The notes under the pieces were generated by a model. That model ran no database searches. It was not told the DNA's origin and was given only the letters and a program-made list of their open reading frames with translations. Shown piece by piece: positions 1 through 13,999 of a stretch of 42,380 nt of DNA. The translations under genes were made by a program, and so were the position numbers. This DNA is from Octopus bimaculoides (taxonomy: Eukaryota), in assembly GCF_001194135.2 (NCBI RefSeq), contig NC_068990.1, positions 54,063,801 to 54,106,180 of the forward strand, read 5' to 3'. The first letter of the stretch is position 1; each line of letters begins with the position of its first letter.

Positions 1-306
1 GGATTTTCAAGCAAGATCGTTGCCAGTGCCCCTGGACTGGCTCTTGTGCGGGTGGCACATAAAATACACCATTTTGAGCGTGGCCATTGCCAGTACCGCC
101 TGACTGGCCCTCGTGCGGGTGACACGTAAAAGCACCCACTACACTCTCTGAGTGGTTGGCGTTAGGAAGGGCATCCAGCTGTAGAAACTCTGCCAAATTA
201 GATTGGAGCCTGGTGTTGCCATCCGGTTTCACCAGTCCTCAGTCAAATCGTCCAACCCATGCTAGCATGGAAAGCGGACGTTAAACGATGATGATGATGA
301 TGATGT
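1..306 (+). mobile_element. 3' tail of an abundant RTE-family LINE (ends in (GAT)n)
   Basis: ...aagcacccactacactctctgagtgg...ccaacccatgctagcatggaaagcggacgttaaac(gat)n. The same tail is continuous with RTE coding sequence at 35481-35983. Confidence 0.8.
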
Positions 307-1090
307 ATTTGACCTTGTTCCTCTTTGAGTTGTCCTTCTCCTGCTCTTCTCACTCAGTGCAACAATGCCAAAGTTGGACTTTTGGAAGTTCACAAGCTAC
401 AAAGGCAGTTCTTTCAGATCTGTCCAAGTTTGAATTGTCCATCAGTTTGTACATTCCATGTTCCAAACCCCATTGTTCGATATCCTATAACTCTTCGATC
501 ACATATTGGCAAAACTCTCTAGACTCATTTTTCCAGGCAAATTGAACTGAAGCAGGCTACACTTAAGGCACCTTTTCTATACACCTCCCATTCTTAGGGT
601 ATGCAGAGTTGATCCTAAAGATGGTTGCACAGGCAAGAATGCCACTACCAAACAACTTTCCTACTTCACTTTCAAAAGTTGAGCAAGTAATTCTAAAATT
701 CCCCACTTCTATGCCAGTTCATGATGAAGAGCTTTCAGCCGCCACCCAACTGCTCTCATCATCCTTCCATGATCACCAAAAGACTGCCTGTGCATGATGT
801 TGTTTAATGTGTACTTGTTGCACTCCAAGAAGCACATGGCCCTTCACAAAACTGCTAACTGGACCCAATGGCAAGGAAACTAAGACAATTGGAGTTATAA
901 AACCTGTTACAGCCTTCATTTGCCTTCGCACTGTTGAGTTAGGTAACTTCATCCACTTGATTCACCATTGAGGTCTTGAGAATGGAGTGCATTTGGTCTG
1001 GCTGCGACTAACAGACCCACCTAGCATGGTTGCACCAGTCCAGTATGGCCTCCTAGCAAGTAAGTTTCTACACCATGATAAGGTAGGACC
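307..1090 (-). mobile_element. RTE LINE 5' fragment: 5' region plus start of the AP-endonuclease, degenerate; left boundary of the 5' region approximate
   Basis: The minus strand at about 500-307 reads, with frameshifts, MGFGTWNV-TLMDNSNLDRSERTAFVACELP..FGIVALSE..RAGEGQLKEEQGQY. This is the typical RTE APE N-terminus. Confidence 0.75.
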
Positions 1091-1762
1091 TTAGTTAGGG
1101 GTATACCTTGCCAAAAAAACATAACATACACAAAAACGATGGCCAGTTTTTACTGTTGTAGTCTACACTAACTGAAGAAACATACAGTTACTGACACATC
1201 TAGATGTCTTGGAAGGATAACTTAATGTAAATATTCACATGTTTCCCTTATATAGATATATTCAGGATACATTCTTTCTGTTGTTATGTGTGCCAGACAA
1301 TGAAGAACTATGATGAATGATGAGGTTCTATGAAACTAGTCTGACACATGTCCGCATACAAAGGCAAATGTAAAATGATGACAGTTATGATGCGGATGGT
1401 GGCAGTAGTGGTGATAGTCATGGAGATGATGAAAATGAGATACAAAAACTGATAGACAGATATGCATTCAAATACAAAAGTGCAAACACACACATACATA
1501 TACTATATGGTACACACACATACATGTAGATATGCTATATAGTGTATAAGTGTTACTTTCAATGACAAGCAATATACATTCAGGGAAATACATAATGTTA
1601 TGGCAGAGGTTCTGAGGAATGTTAAAAGCAAGCAAATCATAAACATATTTTACTGCAATATACCTATAATGTACCAACAATATACAACAATATACTTTCA
1701 ATATACCTATAATACACCTACAATATACAATAATATACCTACAATGCAGAACAATATACTTA

Positions 1763-3013
1763 TCAGGTCATCCCATAAGTTCTGTCCGAATTTACCTTTT
1801 TTAAAACTGAATGAAATTTAATAGTATTTTAAAATGTCTAATAGAATTAAAAATTATTTTTATGCATCTGTGTACATTTAAACCAATTATTTTACAGAAT
1901 AATAGAATTAAAATTTCTTTGATTAAAACCCTTTCTCACATGGAAGTATCCAAAGAGCATTTGAGGCACATAATACTTTATGAGTACAAAAAAGGAAACT
2001 CTGCGGCCGAAGCGATTTGAAACATACACTCAGTTTATGAGAAAGAAGGCTTGAATGAAAGAACTTGCAGAAGATGGTTTTCAAAATTCAGAAGTGGAGA
2101 TTTCGGCCTTGAAGATGGAGATCGAACAGGACATCCAGTTGAGTTTGATGATAAGCTCCTGCATTATCAGTTGTAGAATTAGCAATAAAGCTTAGTTCAA
2201 ACCATACAACTGTTCATCATCATCTTAAACAACTTGGAAAGGTTCCTAAACTTTGAAAATTGGTGCTTTATGAATTGTCCGAAAGCAACTGCAAATCCCG
2301 AGCTGACATCTACTCTTCTCTCCATTCTTGCAAACTCATTTCACCCTTTTTGGATAGACTTTTGACTGGTGATGAAAAATGGATCTTCTATCGAAATGTT
2401 AGATGTCATAAACAGTGGCTTGGTAAAAGGGAAGAAGCTCAACCACAACCAAGAAGGGAACTTCATGGGAAAAAGGTTCTTCTCTCTATCTGGTGAGATT
2501 GCAAAGGAGTAATTCACTTTGAATTGTTACCACCTAATGCAACAATCAATGCTCAAGTCTACTGTCAGCAATTAGTGTGTTTGAACCAAGCTTTGAAGAA
2601 AAAAAGACCCACTTTAGTGAATTGAAAAGGAGTGATGTTTCATCAGGACAATGCGCGACCCCACACTGCAAAGATCACATTACAGAAGATTGAAGAGCTT
2701 GGTTGGGAGACAATTCCTCATCCACTTTATCTTCCCGACCTTGCTCCTTCAGACTACCATTTGTTTCATAGTTTACAGAATCATTTGGGGAACATAACTT
2801 TCGCAAGCCAGGAGGAGGTCAAAACTGACATTTCAGAGTTCTTCACTTTGAAACCAAGAGTTTTACATTGATGGGATTAAAAAAGATTGTAAATAGATGG
2901 AAGGAAGTCACAGATAATCAGGGAAAGTACATTGATTATTAAATTTCAAATATAACATTTCATCACTTGTTTTCTTTATTCAAAATTCAGACAGAACTTA
3001 TGGGATGACCTGA
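1763..3013 (+). mobile_element. Near full-length mariner (DD34D) transposon with a pseudogenised transposase (about 1940-2942)
   Basis: 31-bp TIR TCAGGTCATCCCATAAGTTCTGTC(C/T)GAATTT with 1 mismatch, and TA duplicated at 1761-62 and 3014-15. Motifs are MEVSKEHLRHIILYEY, TGDEKW, FHQDNARPH and DLAPSDYHLF, with 34 residues between D2 and D3. It has several stops and frameshifts. Confidence 0.97.
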
Positions 3014-3959
3014 TACAATATACCTATAATATACTACAATATATCAACAATATACCTACAATGCTGTGCCACTGATGTTAGCCATTAGAGTAAGTTCCAC
3101 TCAAACAATTCAATGTAGATTAAAACAACATCCTGTTAGTTTTCACTTTAAAAGCACAACAGATGTTAACCTCTCAGCCCTAGACAAACAAAAAATTTCA
3201 GCTTCAAGAAAGAAATCCAGTTTCAGCCCACCTAAATATTTTTCTTATATATATTATATAAGTGTGTGTGTAAGTGTGCATGAGTCTGTGTGTGTAAGTG
3301 TGCATGAGTCTGTGTGTGTGTGTTGTATATGTGCACACACACATACAAGTATGTATATGTGTATATGTACACACATATCTGGCCATAGAGCTGAATACTG
3401 TTGCTACATTATTTTTCTTAATATATAGTGTTACTATCATAGCCACAACATTCAACTGTTTCAAGTTTCATGTTCCAGTCCTTGAACTATCCTCAGATGG
3501 AGCCAGTAGAGGGAACAGATATCTCACTTGATTATTGTTCATCAGCATGGTTAGACATAGTGTTGACTTTCAGTTGTCATGTATGTGAATTGGTCATGTA
3601 CAGATTATTGTGGAGCCAAAGGAGGGGTAAGTTTATATTTAGTCTTTCTTCGGGATGGAGAGAATGAACTTAGGCAGTGATTAAGGATCTGCCAAGCTAC
3701 AGTATCAGTACCTATACAACACCTTTGATTATATATCAGAATGAACAAAATCAGCTTCAAGACATGGCACATCAACTATAAGTCTACCTTAAACATACAG
3801 ACAACAGAAACAGCAGTGTTATCAAATCATATATGACACTTGAAAGATCACAATGTTAACAGCTTTAATATTGCCTGATCTCTGCAGCACTCGTGCAGCA
3901 TATAAATCCCTTGTGCAAATTTCTGTAGCCTCTGTGATGCTGAAAAATATTTTCATCAC

Positions 3960-4400
3960 TGTCATCATTTAGCATTCATTTTCCCTGCTGGCATGGGTTA
4001 AACAGTTTGACAGGAACTGGTAACCCAGAGAGCTGCTTTATACATGTTACCAGCACTAGCCATGACTATGATTTCACTTAGCTTGACATATCTTTTTAAG
4101 CACAGCAAATTACCAAAATTCTGTCACTTGTCATCACCTCTGTGACTCAACATCTGAAGATCATATTTCACTACATCATCCCAGGTCTTCCTGGGTCTAC
4201 CCTTTCCACAGGCTCTTTCCACAGTTAGAGACTGGCACTTCTTTATGCAGTTGTTCTCATCCATACGCATCACATGGCCATACCAACACAGTCTTCTCTC
4301 TTGCACACATCTGATGCCCTTATACTCAATTTTGCTCTTAAGACACTCACACTCTGTTATATGTGCATCCAAAACATCAAACACCTTAAACACAATGCCA
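3960..4400 (-). mobile_element. 5'-truncated RTE LINE 3' end
   Basis: ORF 4124-4393 contains RRLCWYGHVMRMD...GKGRPRKTWDDVVKYDL, followed by the family 3' tail. Confidence 0.88.
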
Positions 4401-6060
4401 GAGTTAATTTCTATATTGTTACCAACTCCAACAAAGCTGTAGAGCTAGACTAGATTCAAACATCCAATAAATCTGAATTCAATAGGCCACCATGTTGCTA
4501 ATAAGACAAACAACAAATTCTTGAATCATTCTAAAATTGATCAACCCTGGCTGAGAGATATATTCATTCCAGCAGCCAACCTAGTTAGAGGATTATCCAG
4601 ATATCAGGATACAAAACTCTAAGGAACAAAATATTGTAAGCTGGAACTATAACCCTAAGGGTGTGTATGTGTGCATGTGCATGTCTGTATATGCATGTGT
4701 GTGCTTGAGTGTATATGTGTTTGTGTGCATGTGTCTGTGTTTGTGTACGTATGTGTGTTTGTGTGTTTATGTCTGTGTATGTGTGTATGTGTGCATGCTT
4801 GTGTGTGTTGGTATTTGTGTGCTATGTATAAGACAAAAAGAACTGATTTGAGATGTGATGATAATAATGATGAGTTTAAAAGATGGAACGTGATGATAAT
4901 AATAAAAAAAAGAAAAAGTGTCTGCCAGTAAAAAGAGCTCAGCTGGAGGAGGAGGAACACCCCTAGGTAGTCAGGTGAGGCAATCATGAAGAACCATTGC
5001 TTTTGTTGGCAACATTCCACTGTCCTGAAAGTTTTTAGGGGACCTCAACCACATTCCTACCATACACACATGCACAGCTGTAAAACCTATTAACATAAAC
5101 TACAATATTTCCTATTTACAGAAATTCAACTAATTATTTTTATAAGAACTGTTATTGTAATTAGCAAACACCATTTCAACAACAACATAAGTGATAACAA
5201 TGACAAATTCAAGTAGATCTTGGCCTACCTTGTCTGACATATTGATGGCTGGTGATTACATCTATGCCAGAGGTAAAACTCAAGTCAACAAAGGAGCCAT
5301 TATATGACAGCTGCTGACTAGCTGACCTACTAGAAATAGAAGCCAAATTGAATAATTGGTCCAAGTAAAACTGTTTGAAAAGACAGGATGATCATAGCAG
5401 AAATACTTTTGACCATAAGTCATAACTGACCCTGGGCTAAACAAACAACATCAGCAACCACTTGGTTGCATAATGTTAAATGTTAAATGAGTAAAAAGAG
5501 ATGAAATTGTAGATTTATTAATGAAGAAGCCATGTATGACTTGGAGTTATTCTATCTTCATCAAACTTATCTTTGCATGGTTAACATTTTTTATTTCTTT
5601 AACAAATGTTCTAGAAGGCAACTAACGCCTTTAAGAAACATTAATCTTATTAAATAAAATCAATATTCATGTACAATTTGTTGTACTTCTTTTTATTCTT
5701 TTATTTCTTCTGGTTTTATCTTCTTTCCTGATCACATAAATACAGTATTAGCTCATACAGAATTTTTATTGAAAACCCATTACTGTAAACTATAATTTTT
5801 ATGAGGTAACATATTTAAGAATCAAATAAAACACTCTTCTCTCTAAATATTTATTTATCTAATCCAATAGTTTTCAAATAGAGCATCACAAGTACCTAAG
5901 TGTGATATAGATTTGACTTTGGTATCCAACCACAGAAACTAAATGACACATACAAGCACCAATCTATAACAGTAGTGGCACCTAATAAGAAATGACTAAC
6001 TGTGACAACCCATCCAGGCCATACATCATTAAAAGTAAATAGAAAATGACAATCATTTAA

Positions 6061-6312
6061 CCCTTTCATTACCATATTTTTCTTGAAATATACTGCCTGT
6101 ACTTCAAGTAATTTTGAAAATAATGAAGAATTTATTGAGATAATTTGTCATTATAAAGCTGCTGGTTGGAGTATAATTAACATGAGTGTAATTAATATGA
6201 GTATAACTAACATGAAATTTAAAAGGAAGATTGTATTATTTAGATTATCTTAAAACAAGGAATTTGTATCATAGAACGAAGAGTGGTTTCAGGCAGGTTG
6301 GTATCAAAAGGG
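6061..6312. mobile_element. piggyBac-type MITE
   Basis: TTAA|CCCTTT...AAAGGG|TTAA, with TTAA at 6057-60 and 6313-16. Imperfect 14-bp TIR, no ORF. It contains an internal 15-bp triplication (gagtataattaacat). Confidence 0.8.
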
Positions 6313-7950
6313 TTAAAGCATTATAAAATCTACACTATATTACCTGAGCCTCTTGAAACAAAACATGTTACTCGTAGTTTTGTCCCACTCATAAATATGG
6401 TTAGTAAAATGAGTTAAAGCAAGTATTTTTCAATACTTTTTCTATATTTTAAATCTTAAAAGTTTCTTTAACTTTCAATGCAAAGTTCACCAATAAGTTT
6501 TTATTTAATCACCAAAATGACTCACAACGTCAAAACAGACCAGAATCACTGCTTTAGTTAATTGTAAAAGATTAAATGCCTGCAATAATTCTAAGAGGAA
6601 TGATGATGTTGCAGTTCCTGCTGCTGATGATGATAATGATTATGTATAATGACTACAGATCTTTAATCAAAGATGCTCCATCTCACCTTTTTTTCTTTTC
6701 AGGTAGTGTATCCAGCAATCTAACCCCACCCTCTTATTATCACACTCCTCACTATATTCCCATACCTATCATACCCTCCCCCTCACCATACACCAGATAG
6801 TCTCAGTGTTGGTACTTAGTTCCAGTTTTATAACATTCAGCAGAAAAGTGACAGTAACTCTTCCCTCTCAATAGAATGTTGGTGTATCACAAAGATCATT
6901 CTCAGATGATCTCATTACACAAATTCCTAAAAACTTAGTGAACTCAGTAATGGAAACTTAAATTTACATCATGTAAGTTAAATTGAACTCAAGACCAATG
7001 AGTTGATAGTTTAACTTGACTTTCATTCAGCTGTTCTGCTTCTTATTGTAGGATATAACTTATCAATCATAGATGAATCAAAGTCTACTAGTAAGATTTG
7101 AACCAGAAACCAGAGGAGTACTGAATGACCAACCATAGAACATCCAGTTTCATTTTCAATTGTCAAAGACATGTTTACCATCCAGAGGCATAAAACCGAA
7201 GATTTACAAGGGAAAAGATATGAAAATAGGAGATATTTATGCCTCTTCAAGAACATTAGCAATATGAAATTGGTATTGAATGTTGAATATAAAAGCCAGA
7301 TGCTTTACCTAGCATCTAATCAAGCTCAGTACCTCCAGTATTTAAGTTCAAAACAAAGCAGAGTCATTTTGCTTTTCATCCTTCAAGTCAGACTGGCATT
7401 CATGGTTGCAGTACCCATGGAAATTCATTGGATATTTTATAGAAGATTGTTGGAAGTTTATAGAGAACCATGAAATAAATAATTTCTTTTGAAACTGTAT
7501 TTTTTCTGAAGTGTTTGATTCTTGAGATGGTATGAAGTCTACATAGATAGTACTGAAGGTAGTCTTAGGAGAGAACACCTTTGAAAACTATATTCATTAT
7601 TAGATGCTTGTTACCTCTTCTATCTTTGAAATGTATTGTCTATTTTTTTATTTTACATCAAGAAGTAAACACTGTTTAACTAAAGACCAAAATCAAAGAC
7701 ATAATCTGCAATATTATTCTACTTTGGTGCAAATAATTTGGCAAAGTTTTCACAAATGTTAATACTTTGTATTCCATCCTTATTTTCATATCAGAGAGTA
7801 GTGCATATGGCTGGTCTTGAACCCACAGTCCCAGTGAAGGAGGTACTGTAAGCAGTCCCACTGAGTTGTGGATTTTAATTACTAATATAGCACTAGTATA
7901 ACTACATTTCTACAACATATGGTAGTATGTCACCACAACCTGCTAAGCCA

Positions 7951-7963
7951 CTACTACTACTAC

Positions 7964-8023
<60 letters not shown>

Positions 8024-8040
8024 CAGCAATAGTAGTAGTA
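7951..8040. repeat. (CTA)n/(TAG)n microsatellite
   Basis: A short actact run is followed directly by a long (agt)n run. Confidence 0.95.
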
Positions 8041-9038
8041 ATGGTAATAATCTATGTATAGCACTGGTATCATATCTATTAACACCACCAATAACCCTAA
8101 CACTATCTAGACCATCACTAACAATATTGTCAACATGACCTCTATAACTACTGTTACAATCACCACCACCACCATCAATACTAATACCATCACCACAACA
8201 TAGCCACCATTGTCACCAACACCGCCACTATTATGATGCCTACTACTATCACTGCTACCTCATGCTAGAAATAGCAACCAAATTTTTCTCAAATTACACC
8301 CTACCATCTTAGAAAAGGATATATAGAATAATCTGGCATTGCATCCCCACTCTGCACATAGGATGGGCTAGTCACAATGGAATACCTTTGATCATTGGTC
8401 TGCTTGATCAAAGATGACCTAGGGCTAAACAAAAACAACAACAACAACAGTTATAACAATTAACTCCACCACCTCTACCACCATGGGTACCCCATCACTG
8501 ATACCATCACCATTCATACTATGATACTCACCACTACCACCATTAATACAACCACTACTACAACCATCACAACCAATCTAGTGACACAGCAAACTGCTAC
8601 CAACACCACACTACTACTACTACTGTATGTATCATGACAAACCCCCAGCCAACACCACTAACACTGCCAGCACCATTATCACAACTAGAACCCTCACCAC
8701 TACTCCGGCAGCATAGCAAACTCCCACCAACACCACAATTATCATTACTGTCTGTCTGTTTGGTATTCATACCAGTACCACCACCCCCAACACCACTGTC
8801 ACTCCTTCAATCTCCACAACCTTCAGCACAGCCAGGATCATGGAACCATTACAAAAAAAAATACACCCCAGTCACCCAAGATAGCACAACTAGAACAGAC
8901 AGCAGCTTCCCCAGTTATCAACAGAAATTATTTCAATGTACAACTGACAAATATATATGTGTGTAAATTAATATGTATGTATGTGTGTGTGTGAATACAC
9001 ACACATAAATATATGTGTTTCTGTGTGTGTATATATAT

Positions 9039-9377
9039 AATGGGTTTCAAAAGTCTATGTCACATTTTAAGAATTCTTATATCATGAACTACAAATGGTA
9101 GCATGATTGAAATGGTACCATTTAAAAGCTAAAAGTGTCAAGTTTTCTTCTGTTAATTTAATTTCAATTAAATTTAATTTAATTTTGTTTTTGTCTCTTT
9201 TCAGATCCAGTAATGTCATCCACAAAACAAGATAAATCATTTTGCATCCTAGAATACACTGAAACTGAATCATGGACATGAGTTCAATGCAAATTTCACA
9301 CAACATTTACCAAGCAGGCACCAGACAGACATTCCATTTTGAATTGGCATGTAAAATTTAAGGAGGAGGGGTGTTTG
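9039..9377 (+). mobile_element. Tc1/mariner-superfamily 5' fragment with a DUF4817-like HTH N-terminus, truncated by a gap
   Basis: ATG at 9213: MSSTKQDKSFCILEYTETESWT*VQCKFHTTFTKQAPDRHSILNWHVKFKEEGCL. This matches the K-x-FC-x-L-x-Y...VQ-x-x-F...P-x-R-x-SI-x-x-W-x-x-KF-x-E-x-GC pattern, with one stop. Confidence 0.75.
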
Positions 9378-9774
9378 NNNNNNNNNNNNNNNNNNNNNNN
9401 NNNNNNNNNNNNNNNNNNNNNNNNNNNNNNNNNNNNNNNNNNNNNNNNNNNNNNNNNNNNNNNNNNNNNNNNNNNNNNNNNNNNNNNNNNNNNNNNNNNN
9501 NNNNNNNNNNNNNNNNNNNNNNNNNNNNNNNNNNNNNNNNNNNNNNNNNNNNNNNNNNNNNNNNNNNNNNNNNNNNNNNNNNNNNNNNNNNNNNNNNNNN
9601 NNNNNNNNNNNNNNNNNNNNNNNNNNNNNNNNNNNNNNNNNNNNNNNNNNNNNNNNNNNNNNNNNNNNNNNNNNNNNNNNNNNNNNNNNNNNNNNNNNNN
9701 NNNNNNNNNNNNNNNNNNNNNNNNNNNNNNNNNNNNNNNNNNNNNNNNNNNNNNNNNNNNNNNNNNNNNNNNNN
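9378..9774. other. Assembly gap (others: 11966-12284, 16265-16584, 20576-21355, 23126-23144, 28870-28975)
   Basis: Runs of N. Confidence 1.
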
Positions 9775-10006
9775 GGGGGGGTGCACACGCACGCGTATGT
9801 ATGTATGTCATTGTTCAGTTTTATTTCAAGATTTTTTGCTAATAGAGAAAGAGCCAGTTTCTAACCTAGATCCAAGGCTCCTTCATTGAAATTTCAATGT
9901 CAACAGCAGGATATTTTTGTTTGTATGTATGTCTATGTGCAGATTTGTATGTTTTGCTCTATGTATGTATTGTTATGCATATAGTTGCATATCTAGACAC
10001 GCTCAT

Positions 10007-10900
10007 CTATATATATATAAAGATGCTAAACTTTTCAAAAGTTTTACAGATTTTTACAGTTTCAGTGATGGATTGAATCAGTAACCTTTGAATTAGCTTT
10101 CTCCCTTCTGGTTTTGAGAAGCCTAATTTCTCAAGACTGGTATTTAAGCAGTGTGTTACATATCCCAGGGCCCCAATAATTACAGCTATAAACCTGAACT
10201 TGTAATCTGGATAGAATAACTGCAAATTTCTCAATTGCTCAGCGTAGGTATTCTCTTTTTCACTGATCTTTAGCTTTATTTTAACATCCGCTGGGCAGCT
10301 AATTTCCACAACTGTGCACAGTTTCTCTTCTCTCTCCCAAATCATTATATCAGGTCTGTTGTGCTTACATTCTATTGAGGTCTTCACTGGGACATTCCAC
10401 CAGCATTCCATTTTATTATGAGTGGCTATGGCTTCTACCATATTGTGGGTTCTTATTTCTTTGTCCTCAGGGTTATCCTTCCAACGGATTTCATTATAGA
10501 GTGTCCTATCAATAATATCATGTCTCATTGATAGATAATACTGTGATGACATTTTCAGACAACTGCTTATGATGTGGGTGATATCCTCGGTGCTAACTCA
10601 ACAAAGTTTGCATCGGTTGTCAAATTTTACTGTTTTCCTGCAACTCTATCCCTTTTGGCTGATATTTCCTGTTCCTGGATTGCAAACACATACTCTTCAA
10701 AGTGGGAGGTAGTAATCCAGCTATTGTTCCATGATAGACTGCTTTCATGATCAATGTTACTATCATCTCGGAGTTTTCTACTAACATATCCATGCATAGT
10801 TTTCTGCTCATATAGGCTCATCCTCTCCTCTGATGATATGTTGCAGTAGAGTTTGTGACTTCTTTGGGCATGTATTTTAGGTTATCAGACAAAGAATGTT
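10007..10900 (-). mobile_element. R4/Dong-like (RLE-type) non-LTR retrotransposon 3' fragment
   Basis: CCHC knuckle CKLC*VSTEDITHIISSC, then a restriction-like endonuclease HNRPDIMIWEREEKLCTVVEISCP...VIIGALG (ORF 10007-10552). Clade assignment is by motif recall. Confidence 0.88.
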
Positions 10901-11032
10901 GTTCGAGGAGCTACCTTCCAAGTCTTATGATGTTAATGGTGGATGGATGGATGCATGCCGAATAGAATTGTGCAACCTACATAGATTGACACAAGTTGTA
11001 AAAAACATTATCTGTCTAAAGATAGATAATGT

Positions 11033-11187
11033 TTGGTTAAGAAGCTTGCTTCCCAACCATAAGGCCTCAGGTTCAGTCCCACTGCAAAGCATCTTAGGTT
11101 AAGTATCTTCAACTATAGCCCTGGGATAACCTAAACCTTGTGAGTGAATTAGGTTGAAAGAAGTTGAAAGAAGCACATCATATATAC

Positions 11188-11259
<72 letters not shown>

Positions 11260-11400
11260 CCTTGTCTTGACATCATGGCTGTAAATGAGCATCATCATCA
11301 TACAAACAATGTTATCTTTTATCTTTTATTTGTTTCAGTCATTAGACTGTGGTCATGCTGGGGCACCACCTTAAATAAGTTTTAGTCAAATTCATTGACC
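11033..11400 (+). mobile_element. Degenerate tRNA-derived SINE with an expanded (TG)n centre
   Basis: tggttaagaagcttgcttcccaaccat..ggttcagtccc head, homologous to the copies at 15211 and 15961. Confidence 0.7.
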
Positions 11401-12284
11401 CCAGTAGTTCAAACTACTGCTAGTAAGACAAAAATGAAAGTCATTTACTAGAATTCATTAAAACAATAACTGCCTCCCTCTTCCAGTATCTGTGACTATA
11501 CATCAGAATTAGAAATCCTCAATACTACTGTATGACTATTCAGGGTGGTGGGTAAAATGCCTCGTGATATTTGATCCAACTCTTAGGCTCTGAGTTCAAT
11601 CCCCACTGAGGTCATCTTTGCCTTTCATCTCCCTGGGGTTGATAAAGTACAACAGTCAAGTACTGGGGAAGATATGGGGCAATTTAATTACCTACACTTC
11701 TCCTTCCTTCCTCCCTCCTCTTTGTATCTCTCTTAGAAATGATTTTCGTATGGACATTGAATTGGTAGAGCAACAGACAAAATATTTCCTGGTTTTGATA
11801 TAAGCTGAGTTGAGAGCATTTATGATTTAAGTATCTGTTCAACTCTCACTAGGGTCATCCTTGCCTTTCATCCTGCCAGAGTCAATAAAATAAAGTAGAA
11901 ATCAAGTACAAGGGTTGATGGTATTGACTAAACCCTTACCCTCAAAAATGCTGGCATTGTGCTTANNNNNNNNNNNNNNNNNNNNNNNNNNNNNNNNNNN
12001 NNNNNNNNNNNNNNNNNNNNNNNNNNNNNNNNNNNNNNNNNNNNNNNNNNNNNNNNNNNNNNNNNNNNNNNNNNNNNNNNNNNNNNNNNNNNNNNNNNNN
12101 NNNNNNNNNNNNNNNNNNNNNNNNNNNNNNNNNNNNNNNNNNNNNNNNNNNNNNNNNNNNNNNNNNNNNNNNNNNNNNNNNNNNNNNNNNNNNNNNNNNN
12201 NNNNNNNNNNNNNNNNNNNNNNNNNNNNNNNNNNNNNNNNNNNNNNNNNNNNNNNNNNNNNNNNNNNNNNNNNNNNNNNNNNNN

Positions 12285-12340
<56 letters not shown>

Positions 12341-12560
12341 GCACACACACAATGTCTAATAAGGATTTAGAAGCTTCAAAAACATTAACTCAAAGCACAT
12401 AATAGCATAGAAATATTGGGTTAAAAACACCCTTTGGAAAGAAAAAGTCTAAAGCTGCCCCTGGAATTCAAAGCCACATCTTTTGTGAATATGACAGACA
12501 CACTATCCAAATGGTTCTTTTAACTCAATATTTGCATGCTAATATCTATAGCTGCATGTG

Positions 12561-12775
12561 AGGTGGGGAGTTGGTAGAATCATTAGTGTGCCAAGAAAAA
12601 TACTTAGCAGAATTCACCTGTCTTCACGTTCTGAGTTCAAATTTCACCGAGACCAACTCTACTTTTCATCCTTTTGGGGTCAATAAAATAAGCCCCAGTT
12701 AAATACTGAAGTTGATGTAATAGACTTACCCACTACCCCAAAATTGCTGGCCTTGTACCAAAATTTAAAACCAGC
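12561..12775 (+). mobile_element. tRNA-derived SINE, second family
   Basis: B-box gagttcaaatt, core ctttcatcc..ggggtcaataaaataag, tail ggccttgtaccaaaattt. Homologous copies lie at 13350-13525, 29861-30075 and, more decayed, about 11545-11790. Confidence 0.8.
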
Positions 12776-13349
12776 ATTTATAGCTTTATCTACTTAGAAG
12801 TTCCATTGTTAAAAACAATTTATTTCATATTTCTTGAGGGTTTTTAAATTCTTATAACACAAAAAGTATAAAAATCTCACTGGTAAGCATGAAGCTTCTA
12901 AAATAGATGCAAAAATTCAAAGAGTTGCTTTGGTCTAATGGTAGAACATCTGTCATGCTTACAGATGTAAGTTTGAGCCATAGGGGACCAATTGATGTTT
13001 TCCATTCAATGGCTTTTTAACCCAATATTCTACATGTTATATCTAAGAGGGCAAGCTGTGTGAGTGTGTGTCTTTGTCTTATAGTTGTAATTGAATGTCA
13101 CTGTCATACAAGCAGTGTCAATCATTTCCAATATTCTGGCTGGACATGGGGAAATATTAACTAGCAAGTAAACAGGTGTGGAAGGGTATTCAGCCATTGA
13201 AAGTGGACATTAAATCGATTATGATGATGATTATTGTTGTTGTTGTTGGTGGTGGTGGTGGTGGTGGTGGTGGTGGTATCACCATTGTTGTTGTTATTAT
13301 TATTATCATTATTATTATTATTATTAATATTATCATCATTATCATCATT

Positions 13350-13522
13350 AAGGAAGCAAGCTAGCAGAATCGCTAGCACGCCAAGCAAAATGCCTAGTAC
13401 CATTTTTGTTCATCTTCATATCCTGAGTTCAAATTCTGCTGAGGTCGACTTTACCTTTCATCATTTCAAGGTCAATAAAATAAGTACCAGTTGAACACTG
13501 GGCCTTGTGCCAAAATTTGAAA

Positions 13523-13525
<3 letters not shown>
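13350..13525 (+). mobile_element. tRNA-derived SINE, second family
   Basis: gctagcagaatcgctagcac...gagttcaaattctgctgaggtcgactttacctttcatc..., flanked by (ATT)n. Confidence 0.8.
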
Positions 13526-13565
<40 letters not shown>

Positions 13566-13907
13566 AAAGAAATCATTATTATCATTATTAATATTATTAT
13601 TATTTTAGCAATATTTTTTGCATGCATGCTTTCACTGCATAACTGGTGTAGCTCCATATGCCTTAGGTACATGCAGTGTTTTTATTGCATTAAATGTACT
13701 CTAAGCAACACCTGTCTGTATGCAGTGCTAGGTAATTCTATTTTCTGTATGAGGTGTATTACCTGTCTAAGTCCTGGGGTTTTCATTATTATTACAAGGG
13801 CAGCAGATTAGCAGAAGTGGCACAGAACTGAATAAAATGTACTTAAATTGATTTACTTAATGAACCCCTCCCCTACAACTGGTGGCCTTGTGCCAAAATG
13901 AGACATT

Positions 13908-13942
<35 letters not shown>

Positions 13943-13999
13943 TATTGCTGATAATGAGCAGACATGTACTAAGGGTGTGGCACGTACAACCATTCTTAC

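Noticed and set aside
3479-3626. Open 148-nt plus-strand segment between ttccAG and GG|GTAAGT (SLNYPQMEPVEGTDISLDYC…)
   Set aside because: The splice signals are plausible, but the peptide is not recognisable and no partner exons were found. Chance cannot be excluded without RNA-seq.
7023-7861. Non-repetitive-looking ORFs 7023-7262, 7171-7473, 7348-7578 and 7676-7861, examined as a possible LYRM1 last exon
   Set aside because: There is no LYRM1 C-terminal motif in any frame and no recognisable domain.
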